Source: an uncultured Pseudomonadales bacterium
Lineage (GTDB): Bacteria; Patescibacteriota; Microgenomatia; UBA1400; PJMF01
Length of the DNA: 64,000 bases
Assembly (NCBI GenBank): GCA_964443885.1
Contig: CAYUES010000001.1
Location: forward strand, 4,949 to 68,948
Direction: 5' to 3'
Below the pieces are notes generated by a model that worked only from the letters and a program-made list of their open reading frames with translations, was not told the DNA's origin and searched no databases. Both the position numbers and the translations under genes were made by a program. Every line of letters starts with the position of its first letter. Positions within the stretch are counted from its first letter, which is position 1. This document shows, piece after piece, positions 1-9,762 of the stretch.

Positions 1-1905
1 GTTCGGGTCTTTGAACGGGGCGAGGATTTTGTTGCCGGCGCTGACGTCTTGGTTGGACTCATATACTGTGCCATGTTCTGGTAAGGTAATTTTAATCGAA
101 AGTGGTACCGTTTGCATAACAGACCAATTTTTAACGCTCAGCTGAATAGGAATCACTACTGTCTGATACGGTAAAATTGCGCGATTAGGCAATCCTTCAT
201 ACTCTATTAATACTTGAGAATCACTGCTTTCAATTTTTGTATCTATATCGTACCATGCCTGAGCAGTTTTGTTGGTAATTTGTAGTAAGTATGCTCCAGG
301 TAAGCCTACTCCCCCTACTTGGCGTGGACTGAATCCAACTTCTAGCTCAGGTTTGATACTTGGAAAGTTATCGGCAAACTCGACTTCCACATCTTTTGAT
401 TCCCCAACAGCCAAGTTATATGCGCCCGCCGGATATGGAGTGGTACTCGAAGCGCCATTAATTGCAAAAACAATGTGACTCAGGTCAAATTGATGAAAAT
501 AATCAACGCCACCGGTGGTATTCTCCCAGGTAGGATCGACTTGTTGCCAGTGATTACTTTCAGCATTGAAGAATTCGGGCCAGGCATGTAAGACGTCGTC
601 GCTCAAAGCAACTGGACGCAACTGTGAATTTTGAGTGTATGCATAGCCTGTTAAGCGGCGAGCTGGAACACCTGCCGCGCGACTCATTGTCACAAATGCA
701 TCGGTAAATTCTTGGCAGACGGCATCGGTGGGCCGAGCAAACGCAGTTTCAGCTCCTAGGCGGGTTGGTGCGACATTTTGCTCGGCAATTGCATATGAAT
801 AAGAAAAACTATCAACGATGTGATTATAAATTGATTCTGGAGTATTAAATTGTTGAGTTTTTTCTTTGATAAGTGAAGAATGTGTATCCCAAAACTTCAT
901 ACCTTTAACATGTTGTGGCGTGGGTTTGATAACGGGTACTGTGGGATCAGCATCGAGCAACAGTTTAACTCCGGTGGTCAAATAAACTGGGAGCTGAGAC
1001 TGGGGCGGGACGGTATACGTTGCAATCCAGTTGCCATCTTCATCAATCTTAATGTTACTCGTTGAAGGCTCAAGTGAGTAGAAATGCATTCGCTGGAACT
1101 GAGTATCTGGCGGCAACGCAATCTGAGCTACGCCAGGGCTAGAACTTTCGTTTTCCAAGTTATAGCGCAGTGTCATTTTGTAGTACTGCTCTGAACCAAA
1201 AAAAGCGGAAATTGAAGTTTGGGTCGGCTGATCAAAGGTGGTTACAAATGAAGTTCCATTAAAAGTGACGGACGTGTATTCGGGCGTAATACGCGTGGCT
1301 CGTCCGAACTTCAAGGGTGTGTTCAAGACAATTTTACGCGAAGTATACTGCTCACTACTAGTAAAGGGTGGAATGTGCACCTCGAGGACTTTGCCAGCAA
1401 TAGCGGCAATATCGGCACTTTGATACGAAATTGAAAAAGTTCGCTTCTTACCTTGGCCTACTACTTCATCAGGAAATGCAATCTTGATTGAAGTAGTGTT
1501 ACTGTCGGTGCTGATTTGAGGATCAATTGTTTCTTTATTATTTTTGACGACAATGTTTTGAATGCTCGTTGAGTGGAGTTGCAAACCATATTCCTTGAGA
1601 AAAGTGGTCGGTGAGTTGTTGGTGACGGTAAAGGTGTTGGTAACCGTCGTCATACCAGAATCAGCCACGTCGTAGCTAGTTTCAAGACTGGTAGAAAATG
1701 GTTTGCTTGGATCAGCGGGTGGTTCTGGAGTGGGCGTCGGGCGGGGTGTTGCTCGGGCGGAACTAGTGGCGGTTCGGACAGCTGGGCGGGCGCTCCCGGT
1801 GGCAGTTTGGGCTAAAACCTGAGCAGAATCCAAGAATATACTTGCAATAGCTACACTCACAGCAAAACTGAGCGCAATAATAACTTTGTATTTACGCGAA
1901 TACAT
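1..1905 (-). CDS. Transglutaminase-like domain protein with N-terminal TM anchor and Pro-rich linker; partial, C-terminus lies beyond the window start
   Basis: Uninterrupted minus-strand frame from ATG at 1905 to position 1 (hand-translated, spot-checked at 1-60, 601-720, 1441-1500). N-terminus MYSRKYKVIIALSFAVSVAIASIF then PTPTPEPP linker. Core motif AVCQEFTDAFVTMSRAAGVPARRLTGYAY matches the transglutaminase-like Cys-protease core. Not in the ORF track because there is no in-window stop. Confidence 0.6.
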   Translation of the reverse strand, partial: MYSRKYKVIIALSFAVSVAIASIFLDSAQVLAQTATGSARPAVRTATSSARATPRPTPTPEPPADPSKPFSTSLETSYDVADSGMTTVTNTFTVTNNSPTTFLKEYGLQLHSTSIQNIVVKNNKETIDPQISTDSNTTSIKIAFPDEVVGQGKKRTFSISYQSADIAAIAGKVLEVHIPPFTSSEQYTSRKIVLNTPLKFGRATRITPEYTSVTFNGTSFVTTFDQPTQTSISAFFGSEQYYKMTLRYNLENESSSPGVAQIALPPDTQFQRMHFYSLEPSTSNIKIDEDGNWIATYTVPPQSQLPVYLTTGVKLLLDADPTVPVIKPTPQHVKGMKFWDTHSSLIKEKTQQFNTPESIYNHIVDSFSYSYAIAEQNVAPTRLGAETAFARPTDAVCQEFTDAFVTMSRAAGVPARRLTGYAYTQNSQLRPVALSDDVLHAWPEFFNAESNHWQQVDPTWENTTGGVDYFHQFDLSHIVFAINGASSTTPYPAGAYNLAVGESKDVEVEFADNFPSIKPELEVGFSPRQVGGVGLPGAYLLQITNKTAQAWYDIDTKIESSDSQVLIEYEGLPNRAILPYQTVVIPIQLSVKNWSVMQTVPLSIKITLPEHGTVYESNQDVSAGNKILAPFKDPN

Positions 1906-1977
1906 GACTTCATTATACCGTTATTTAAGCGATTTATCTTAGTACTACTTTTAGGCTACAATGGAGAAAATTCCAAT

Positions 1978-3120
1978 ATGCATAATTCTGCTCTGCTCTG
2001 CCCTCAATGTGAACTTCAATTGATTGAAGTTCAATCACCAGATAATTATTACTATCACTACTGTCCTCAATGTCAGGGAGTATTGCTAAAACCAAAGAAC
2101 TTGGCAGATCATGCATTCTTTCTCAATCCTGAAAATACTATTGATGATGCAAAAATTGAGATAAACAAGAAAATCATAAAACCTATCTTTGTTAAAACTC
2201 AAAAGAACTGTCCTATTGATGGGACTGCTTTACAGGTTATTAACTATGGATATGATTCCAATATTTTAATTGAGAAGTGTTCAGCCTGTTCGAGCTTATG
2301 GGTTGAACAGGCTGAGTTTTTGGTATTAGCCAGATATTTCAAAGGCAATCCTAAATTAAAAGCACTTGGTGTATCGATTGCTGAAGATATAGAGCGACAA
2401 AACTCAGTTGAAAGTTACTCTCAGTTTAATGGTGCAGTCCTGACAACAGTTCCAATTCCTGTTGGAGATACAGCTGAGACTGTCGGTTTTCCAGGTGTAA
2501 CAATAGGAATTATTGTGCTTTGTTGTCTCTCATTACTTTTTCAAACGCTATTCTTTGCAGATACAGAATTATTTTTTACTGCATTTGGATTGGTTCCTGC
2601 AAAACTCTGGCAAGGACTTGATTTACATGGTCTTTTTACCTATATGTTTGTTCATTTAAATCTTCAACATCTCATTTCTAATATGCTATATCTTTGGATT
2701 TTTGGAGATAATGTTGAGTTGCGGTTAGGACACGCTAAATTTATGCTATTTTTTCTAGCAGCTGGTGTATTTTCAGCTCTAGTTTATTCTCTAAATCCTA
2801 TTAATCCAGAATTTGCTTTAGTGGGTGCAAGTGGGGCTATTTCTGCAGTAATGGGTGGCTATTTATTGCTGTATCCATCCAAAAATATTAGAATTATGCT
2901 TTGGAACAGTTTTTTTAATATACCTACATGGCTGGCAATTACGAGTTGGATAGTTGTACAGATTTTCTCTTTTATGTTGCAATCTTCACTGTCTGAATCA
3001 GTACAAAATACTGCATTTACTGGTCACATCTCAGGATTTATTTTTGGAGTGGTTGTAGTTTGGATATTAAAAAGTATCCGTGGTGGCTTAATTCAAGAAC
3101 TTAACATCTACCAAAGATAG
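1978..3120 (+). CDS. Rhomboid family intramembrane serine protease with two N-terminal zinc-ribbon modules
   Basis: CPQCELQ...YCPQCQG and CPIDG...CSACSS Cys4 pairs at the N-terminus. C-terminal 6-TM core with GASGAISAVMGGY (GxSG catalytic Ser) and AFTGHISGFIFG (catalytic His HxxGxxxG). ATG at 1978. Confidence 0.8.
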   Translation: MHNSALLCPQCELQLIEVQSPDNYYYHYCPQCQGVLLKPKNLADHAFFLNPENTIDDAKIEINKKIIKPIFVKTQKNCPIDGTALQVINYGYDSNILIEKCSACSSLWVEQAEFLVLARYFKGNPKLKALGVSIAEDIERQNSVESYSQFNGAVLTTVPIPVGDTAETVGFPGVTIGIIVLCCLSLLFQTLFFADTELFFTAFGLVPAKLWQGLDLHGLFTYMFVHLNLQHLISNMLYLWIFGDNVELRLGHAKFMLFFLAAGVFSALVYSLNPINPEFALVGASGAISAVMGGYLLLYPSKNIRIMLWNSFFNIPTWLAITSWIVVQIFSFMLQSSLSESVQNTAFTGHISGFIFGVVVVWILKSIRGGLIQELNIYQR

Positions 3121-3133
3121 TTCGAATTGACAG

Positions 3134-6118
3134 CTACTCACTGCGCTTGGCATCTTGGTGCTCAAATTCCTCTTTGAGGAACTTGCCAGTGTGTGACTTC
3201 TCTTCTTGCGACAGCTGACGAGGCGTGCCAGTCGCGATGATCTCGCCGCCACCATTGCCGCCTTCAGGACCAAGATCAATCACCCAGTCAGCATTTTTGA
3301 TAACATCGAGGTTGTGTTCAATCACGATTACCGTGTTGTTTTGGCCAACTAGTTTTTCTAAAACAGTCAGTAGTTTTTGAACGTCTGCAAAGTGCAACCC
3401 GGTGGTTGGTTCATCGAGTAAGTACACCACATGTTCAAAACTACGAGTCGAAAGTTCTTTAGCCAGCTTCACCCGTTGCGCTTCACCACCAGAAAGTGTC
3501 GGCGCTGGTTGGCCGAGTTTAATGTACCCGAGTCCCACAGCTTGGAGCGTTTCTAGTTTTTTGCCCAAGGTACTGTTGCCCTGGAAAAACTCAGCCGCTT
3601 CATCCACGGTCAGATCTAAAATATCACTGACGTTCTTGCCTTTGTACTGCACTTCCAAAGTTTCTTGGTTGTAACGTTTGCCTTTACAGACATCACACGT
3701 TACGTACACATCTGGTAAAAACTGCATCTCAATCTTGATTTGGCCATCGCCTTGGCACGCTTCACAACGGCCACCTTTGACGTTAAAACTGAAGCGACCT
3801 GATAGAAAACCACGGACTTTGGCATCTTGAGTTTGTGTGAAGAGTGTCCGAATGTAGTCAAAAATTTTAGTGTAGGTGGCGGGGTTAGAACGAGGAGTCT
3901 TGCCAATCGGACTTTGATCAATTAAAGTGACTCGACGAACATCGTCAGGCACACTAATGCTGCTGATTTTTGCACCCATCGTGTCGGTTTTCTTGCCAAT
4001 TTTTTCACTCAAATGATGATATAGCGTTTCGTATAAAAGTGTTGATTTACCAGATCCCGACACCCCTGAAATACAAACGAGTTTGTTGAGCGGAAACTCG
4101 ACATCGATGCCTTTGAGGTTGTGATGAGTTGCGCCAGAAATGCGAATTGATTGGGTCAGGCTGGTGTTAACGTCATCAACGTCAACGTACTTTCGTTTAG
4201 TGAGAATTGGGGTCTCACGCACCACATCTTTTTTGCGACTCAAGTACTTGCCCGTTATTGATTTGCTATTTTTCATTAATTCTTCAGGTGTGCCCATCGC
4301 CACGATCCTGCCACCATGTTGGCCAGCACCTGGTCCAAAGTCCAAAACATAGTCGGCAGCCAGCATCACGTCACGGTCGTGTTCGACGACCACGACGGTG
4401 TTGCCTTTTTCTTGCAAGTTTTTAAGCGTTTCGATCAGGCGGCGGTTGTCGCGTTGGTGCAAGCCAATCGTTGGCTCGTCCAAGATGTATAAAACGCCAG
4501 TCAAGCCAGTTCCGATTTGTGAAGCCAAGCGAATGCGTTGAGCCTCACCACCAGCTAGAGTGGATGCTTCGCGATTTAAAGTTAGGTAGTTAAGCCCGAC
4601 TGAAACCAAGAAGTTCAAACGAATTACAATTTCTTTCAAAATCGAGTCAGCAATCTGGGCTTCTTTTTCAGAAATGATATTTTTCTTTTGCAAGTTCTCA
4701 TGCCAGTGTAAACACTCTTCGATTGGCAGTTGTGTAACTTGGGCAATGTTCGATTCATTAATCTTAACAGCCAGTGGCTCATCTTTGAGCCGATCACCAT
4801 TACAGGTTGGACAGATCTGGCGATTCATGTACTGCTCTACTTCAGATCTGATATACGGCGAGTCGGTTTCACTGTAACGGCGCTCTAAGTTGGTAACAAA
4901 ACCTTCAAACTTTTCTTGAATGCTCGTTTCTTTGCCAAAGCGATTCTCACCACTCACGGTATAGACTTTGTCTGAACCATAGAGCAAAAGTTGTTGGGCG
5001 GCTTCTGGCATTTCCTCATAGACAGTACGACGAAAATCAATCTTGAGATCTTCAGCAACTGTTTGGACCAGACGGGTCCACCAAGAATCTCCGCTCAAGA
5101 CCCGAGCAAACGGAATCACCGCACCTTCACTCAAAGTCAAAGCGGGCGCAATCATTTTATTGACGTCAATTTTGAGTAATGATCCCAGTCCGTTGCAAGT
5201 CTCACAAGCACCCTGCGGTGAGTTGAAAGAAAAAAGCCGAGGCTCGAGCTCACTAAAGGAGCGACCACAGTTGCTACAAGCCAATTTTTCACTAAATACT
5301 AAATCCTCAACATCTTCAGGATTCTCTGGAAACGTCATCGTTTGATCGTTCACAAATGAGATAATCGACATTCCTTCAGCCAGTTTTAATGATTCTTCAA
5401 TTGATTGATTTAAGCGACTACGCAAGGTTTTTTGTTCTTGTTCATCTTTGAGCTGCTCTTTGGAAATGACTACCCGATCAATCACCACATCAACGTCGTG
5501 TTTATTGTTCTTTAATAGACTAAAGTTCTGATTTAAGTCAAACATCTCCCCGTCAATCCGAACACGTGAGTACCCTTTTTTCTGTAAGTTTTGGAATAAA
5601 CCTTGGAACTCCCCTTTTCGACCTTGAACGATTGGTGACAAAATAATTAAACGAGCTGGTCGTTCCATTGCTCGCACTTTAGTATCCGAAAGTACCTTCG
5701 AGACGATCTCATCAATTGATTGAGTTGAAACGGGAATATCACAATCGGGACAGTATTGGCGGCCGACCCGAGCAAACAACAAGCGCAGGTAGTCATAAAT
5801 TTCAGTAATCGTGCCGACTGTTGAGCGAGGGTTGTGAGAAGTGGTTTTTTGGTCAATCGAGATCGCAGGCGACAAGCCTTCAATGTGATCGACTTCGGGT
5901 TTCTGCATCACACCCAAAAATTGGCGAGCATACGAAGATAAACTTTCGACGTAGCGACGCTGGCCTTCTGCATACAAGGTATCAAACGCCAAAGAACTTT
6001 TGCCACTGCCCGAAAGACCGGTGAAAACGATCAGTTTATTCTTGGGAATCTCGACTGAAACATTTTTTAAGTTATGTTCACGGGCGCCGGTGATTGTGAT
6101 CGTATCTTGTGTACTCAT
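3134..6118 (-). CDS. uvrA: Excinuclease ABC subunit A (UvrA)
   Basis: MSTQDTITITGAREHNLKNV...GLSGSGKSSLAFDTLYAEGQRRYVESLS, two ABC ATPase modules, zinc-finger CxxC pairs. Track ORF extends to 6148 but that codon is TTG; the ATG at 6116-6118 is the likely start. Confidence 0.9.
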   Translation of the reverse strand: MSTQDTITITGAREHNLKNVSVEIPKNKLIVFTGLSGSGKSSLAFDTLYAEGQRRYVESLSSYARQFLGVMQKPEVDHIEGLSPAISIDQKTTSHNPRSTVGTITEIYDYLRLLFARVGRQYCPDCDIPVSTQSIDEIVSKVLSDTKVRAMERPARLIILSPIVQGRKGEFQGLFQNLQKKGYSRVRIDGEMFDLNQNFSLLKNNKHDVDVVIDRVVISKEQLKDEQEQKTLRSRLNQSIEESLKLAEGMSIISFVNDQTMTFPENPEDVEDLVFSEKLACSNCGRSFSELEPRLFSFNSPQGACETCNGLGSLLKIDVNKMIAPALTLSEGAVIPFARVLSGDSWWTRLVQTVAEDLKIDFRRTVYEEMPEAAQQLLLYGSDKVYTVSGENRFGKETSIQEKFEGFVTNLERRYSETDSPYIRSEVEQYMNRQICPTCNGDRLKDEPLAVKINESNIAQVTQLPIEECLHWHENLQKKNIISEKEAQIADSILKEIVIRLNFLVSVGLNYLTLNREASTLAGGEAQRIRLASQIGTGLTGVLYILDEPTIGLHQRDNRRLIETLKNLQEKGNTVVVVEHDRDVMLAADYVLDFGPGAGQHGGRIVAMGTPEELMKNSKSITGKYLSRKKDVVRETPILTKRKYVDVDDVNTSLTQSIRISGATHHNLKGIDVEFPLNKLVCISGVSGSGKSTLLYETLYHHLSEKIGKKTDTMGAKISSISVPDDVRRVTLIDQSPIGKTPRSNPATYTKIFDYIRTLFTQTQDAKVRGFLSGRFSFNVKGGRCEACQGDGQIKIEMQFLPDVYVTCDVCKGKRYNQETLEVQYKGKNVSDILDLTVDEAAEFFQGNSTLGKKLETLQAVGLGYIKLGQPAPTLSGGEAQRVKLAKELSTRSFEHVVYLLDEPTTGLHFADVQKLLTVLEKLVGQNNTVIVIEHNLDVIKNADWVIDLGPEGGNGGGEIIATGTPRQLSQEEKSHTGKFLKEEFEHQDAKRSE

Positions 6119-6248
6119 AAATATTTGTTTCGTGTGTTTGCGCGCCAAAAAAGTCCTATGAAGCGCAAAGTCGATAGCTTACTAGTATACCGCACCTTCG
6201 GTTAAATTTCGAGTCTAAAAGACTGGGAAAAACAGTATCAATTGCTAT

Positions 6249-6542
6249 GTGTGCTACACTAGTTTTATGAAATTCTTAAAAATTCTAGGTTCAGTTTATG
6301 GTGCCCTCTTACTTTTGTTTGGTGTGATTAACTTGATAAGTTTTCTTGCTGATTATGCATTTACTGGAATTTCCAAGGATGGTCCACAACTCTTCAGCTT
6401 TATTGTCTTACTGTGGCTGTGTTTCTTTGCGTACGCTTTTATTTTTGGTTGGAAGTTACTCAAACAACAGTATCCAAAGAAACTAGTCTTCTGGCTACTC
6501 TTGCCAATTGGCTTGGTTGTTTTAGGAATGATGTTCAATTAA
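6249..6542 (+). CDS. Small hypothetical membrane protein (about 3 TM) between uvrA and uvrB
   Basis: 97-aa ORF with three hydrophobic helices. No recognisable family. Alternative start MKFLKIL at 6267. Confidence 0.4.
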   Translation: MCYTSFMKFLKILGSVYGALLLLFGVINLISFLADYAFTGISKDGPQLFSFIVLLWLCFFAYAFIFGWKLLKQQYPKKLVFWLLLPIGLVVLGMMFN

Positions 6543-6557
6543 ATTACTAGATTCTAA

Positions 6558-8876
6558 TTACTCTAGTTTCCCAATCGTATCACGCAAGATTGCGGCCAGT
6601 TCAAAGTCCATATCATTGGCAGCCTTGAGCATGCGGCGGCGCAGTTTTGAAGTCAGGTGCTGTTTATCACTTGGTGTCAGCTCTTCAGGTTTAATTTGAT
6701 TAATATCAATTTGCTCGAGCTTGTTTAAGTTGACGATCAATGGTTCAGGTTCACCAGCTTTAGCTTTCTTTCTGCCCTTCTCGTCTACCTCATCTTCTGC
6801 TTGTTTCTCGATCATCCGCTCACGAAATGGTTTGTTAATACCAAGTGGGGTAATTCCATGTTTGGCGTTGTGCTCCAGCTGGATAACTCGGCGGCGCTGG
6901 CTTTCCATGATTGCTTCGCGCATTGATTTAGTCAAAACATCAGCATACAAAATTACTTGACCTTCTTGATGCCGCGCCGCCCGTCCCATGGTTTGAATCA
7001 ACGAAGTCCGCGACCGCAAAAAGCCTTCTTTGTCTGCATCTAAGATTGCCACCAGTGAAACTTCAGGTAAGTCCAAACCTTCCCGCAGCAAGTTAATGCC
7101 AACCACAACGTCATATTCACCACGGCGCAAGTCATCTAAGATATCCGAACGCTCTAAAGTTTCGATATCAGAGTGTAAATAAGCCACTTTAGGGTACTGA
7201 AGTGACTCGAGGTCTGTCGGTAATGGAGTGAGGTGTTGGGTGGCGTGCAACCACTCATCAGGAATTTTACCAATCTCCATCGTCTCAACGGGCAGTAAGC
7301 CTTCTAGTAGCTGAATAGTTTCACTGGTATCTTGTTGTTTGGTGTCAGCGACTTGTTCGAGTCGCTCTTTCACGAGTCGTTTGATTTTCTCTGGATCATT
7401 CAAGTACTCGGTCAAGGCTTCAGCCATCCGCTTTGTCAGGGTAGTCACTAGCGCACGTTGGCCAATATTTTTGCGCGCAATCACTTCCACAACCAAGTCT
7501 TCAATCTGGCGCATCGTGGGCCGAATAATAATCGGTGGATCTACCAGACCAGTCGGCCGAATCAACTGTTCAACAGTCTCGCCACCTGCTAGTGAGATCT
7601 CGTACTCGGTTGGCGTGGCCGAAACATAGACCGCCTGGCGAATCCGCTCCATAAACTCATGGGACTTGAGCGGGCGGTTATCCAGCGCACTGGGTAATCT
7701 AAAACCATACTCAATAAGCGTCGTTTTACGTGAAGAGTCACCAGCATGCATACCACGCACTTGAGGTAAAGTGATGTGACTTTCATCAACAAAAGTGAGG
7801 TACTTTCCATTATTAAAGCGTTCAGCACTCGCCACAAAGTGGTCGAGCAAGGTAAATGGAGCCTGGCCAGGTTGGCGGCCATCGAAGTAGCGAGAGTAGT
7901 TTTCAATACCATTCACAAACCCAAGTTCCTTGAGCATATCGATGTCGTGACCGACTTTTTGTTTCAAGCGGTACGCTTCAACGACTTTGCCTTGGTCGGT
8001 TAAGTCTTTAACACGGGAGTTTAAGTCAGCTTCAATTTGCGCAAACTGAGCTGATTGATCACTTTGACTAATAATGTAGTGCTTGGCTGGATACAAAGTA
8101 AAGCGTTTGCGAGTTGGCGCTGGTGTCGTGGTCGTTGCACCGATTGCCGAAGGCGGAACTGCTTCTGAGCGCGGCGGCATCGTCACACTGCCAGTGACTG
8201 GATCGATCCAGTTAATGCTGGTGATTTTGTTTTCGAGAGTTTCGATCTTGAGAGCAATATCTTCATACGCCGGCCAAACTTGAATGATGTCTCCGCGCAG
8301 CCTGAAGGTACCGCGTTTGAGATCTGCATCTGAGCGTTGGTACTGTAAGTTGGAAAGTTGGAGCAGTAACGTCTCGCGGGAAATAACTTCGCCTTCCATC
8401 ATCTCCATCGTGTTTTGACTGTACTGAACTGGGGATCCTAAGTTATAGATACAAGAAACCGAAGCCACCACGATTGTGTCTGGGCGGGTCAATAAGTTAG
8501 CAGTGGTGGCGAGGCGTAGTTTATCAATCTCATCATTAATAGTCGCCTCTTTTTCAATGTAGGTATCGGAACTGGGAATGTAGGCCTCTGGCTGGTAGTA
8601 GTCGTAGTACGAGACAAAGTAACTGACGGCGTTTTTTGGGAAAAAATCACGGAATTCTTGGTAGAGTTGGGCGGCCAGGGTTTTGTTATGGGCGATAATC
8701 AGTGTCGGCATCTGTGTCTGCTCGATCACGTTGGCCATGGTGTACGTTTTACCCGAGCCAGTTACGCCGAGTAAGACTTGATGATCTTTGCCTTCATTCA
8801 GGCCACTGACTAGTTCTTTGATGGCGGCTGGTTGATCGCCGGTAGGCTGGAATGGTGCTTGGAGTTGGAATTTCAT
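6558..8876 (-). CDS. uvrB: Excinuclease ABC subunit B (UvrB), long form with low-complexity insertion and C-terminal UVR domain
   Basis: MKFQLQAPFQPTGDQPAAIKEL...GVTGSGKTYTMANVIEQ...YFVSYYDYYQPEAYIP. C-terminal DFELAAILRDTIGKLE is the UVR motif. Track start 8909 is TTG; ATG at 8876 preferred, with TATAAT 9 nt upstream. Confidence 0.9.
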   Translation of the reverse strand: MKFQLQAPFQPTGDQPAAIKELVSGLNEGKDHQVLLGVTGSGKTYTMANVIEQTQMPTLIIAHNKTLAAQLYQEFRDFFPKNAVSYFVSYYDYYQPEAYIPSSDTYIEKEATINDEIDKLRLATTANLLTRPDTIVVASVSCIYNLGSPVQYSQNTMEMMEGEVISRETLLLQLSNLQYQRSDADLKRGTFRLRGDIIQVWPAYEDIALKIETLENKITSINWIDPVTGSVTMPPRSEAVPPSAIGATTTTPAPTRKRFTLYPAKHYIISQSDQSAQFAQIEADLNSRVKDLTDQGKVVEAYRLKQKVGHDIDMLKELGFVNGIENYSRYFDGRQPGQAPFTLLDHFVASAERFNNGKYLTFVDESHITLPQVRGMHAGDSSRKTTLIEYGFRLPSALDNRPLKSHEFMERIRQAVYVSATPTEYEISLAGGETVEQLIRPTGLVDPPIIIRPTMRQIEDLVVEVIARKNIGQRALVTTLTKRMAEALTEYLNDPEKIKRLVKERLEQVADTKQQDTSETIQLLEGLLPVETMEIGKIPDEWLHATQHLTPLPTDLESLQYPKVAYLHSDIETLERSDILDDLRRGEYDVVVGINLLREGLDLPEVSLVAILDADKEGFLRSRTSLIQTMGRAARHQEGQVILYADVLTKSMREAIMESQRRRVIQLEHNAKHGITPLGINKPFRERMIEKQAEDEVDEKGRKKAKAGEPEPLIVNLNKLEQIDINQIKPEELTPSDKQHLTSKLRRRMLKAANDMDFELAAILRDTIGKLE

Positions 8877-8996
8877 GGAATGGTCTATTATACAAGAAAA
8901 GCACTGCAAAGTCTTGGGGCTGTAATAGGTATCAAGCAGTAATCTTGCTCAACACCCATCACTTTTGATGCTTCTCGCGGTATACTATGTGCCAAG

Positions 8997-9743
8997 ATGA
9001 AAATTACTCCCGTCAAAACACCAATTGTCCACGTCAACGACAACCTATTTGAGATCGTCAAAGCTGCCTTTCCAACTATTCCTGAAAACTCGGTGATTGC
9101 GGTCACGTCCAAGATCGTGGCTTTGTGTGAAGGCAATGTTGCCCCAGTCGTGACTGGCAGCCGTGAAGAAAAACACGCAATTGTTCGTGAAGAAGCCGAT
9201 GCCTATATCGAAGCCAGTAACTCTAAGTACGATGTAATGCTGGCGATCAAAGATCAAGTCTTGGCGGTCAATGCCGGTGTTGATATGTCCAATGCAGATA
9301 ATCAATACGTGAAGTTGCCTAAAGAGTCCTATAAGAGTGCTGCAGACCTGTGGCAGAGCGTGAAAACACACTATAGGCTTAAAAATCTCGGTATTTTAAT
9401 TACTGATAGCAAAACAATTCCTCTCAAATGGGGCACGATCGGAACCGCTCTCGCCCACTCTGGTTTCAAAGGTGTTCGCAATAGAATTGGTGAAAAAGAT
9501 TTATTTGGGTACGAAATGCAGATGACGCAGATTAATATTGCCGAGGCGCTGGCAGTAGCAGCAGTCTTATCGATGGGTGAAGTGGCAGAACAACAGCCAC
9601 TCTGTTTACTCGAGGAAATTCCGCAGATTGAGTTCCAGAATCAACCACCTACCCCAGAAGAAATCAAAAATCTTGAAATTGCTCTGGAAGACGACGTCTA
9701 TGCGCCAATTCTCCAGACAGCACCCTGGAAAAAGAAAGTATAA
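8997..9743 (+). CDS. CofE-like protein (F420-0:gamma-glutamyl ligase family, PF01996-like), function uncertain
   Basis: IAVTSKIVALCEGN motif and about 250 aa length resemble the CofE/FbiB N-domain family. No other F420 genes in the window. Assigned from memory of family motifs. Confidence 0.45.
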   Translation: MKITPVKTPIVHVNDNLFEIVKAAFPTIPENSVIAVTSKIVALCEGNVAPVVTGSREEKHAIVREEADAYIEASNSKYDVMLAIKDQVLAVNAGVDMSNADNQYVKLPKESYKSAADLWQSVKTHYRLKNLGILITDSKTIPLKWGTIGTALAHSGFKGVRNRIGEKDLFGYEMQMTQINIAEALAVAAVLSMGEVAEQQPLCLLEEIPQIEFQNQPPTPEEIKNLEIALEDDVYAPILQTAPWKKKV

Positions 9744-9762
9744 ATGTACTTCTGATTCTGGT

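Noticed and set aside
3402-5345. Multiple 60-100 aa ORFs inside uvrA on either strand (3402..3674, 3700..3921, 4140..4425, 5043..5345 etc.)
   Set aside because: Embedded in or antisense to uvrA, whose frame is continuous and motif-rich. Typical shadow ORFs.
6119-6148. N-terminal extensions implied by track starts for uvrA (6148), uvrB (8909), lexA (13075), AbiEii (30452), small partner (30706), histidine phosphatase (11569), SNase (47938)
   Set aside because: Direct reading shows these 'M' codons are TTG/GTG. In each case an in-frame ATG a few codons downstream gives a conventional N-terminus and/or better upstream signals, so the extensions are not reported.
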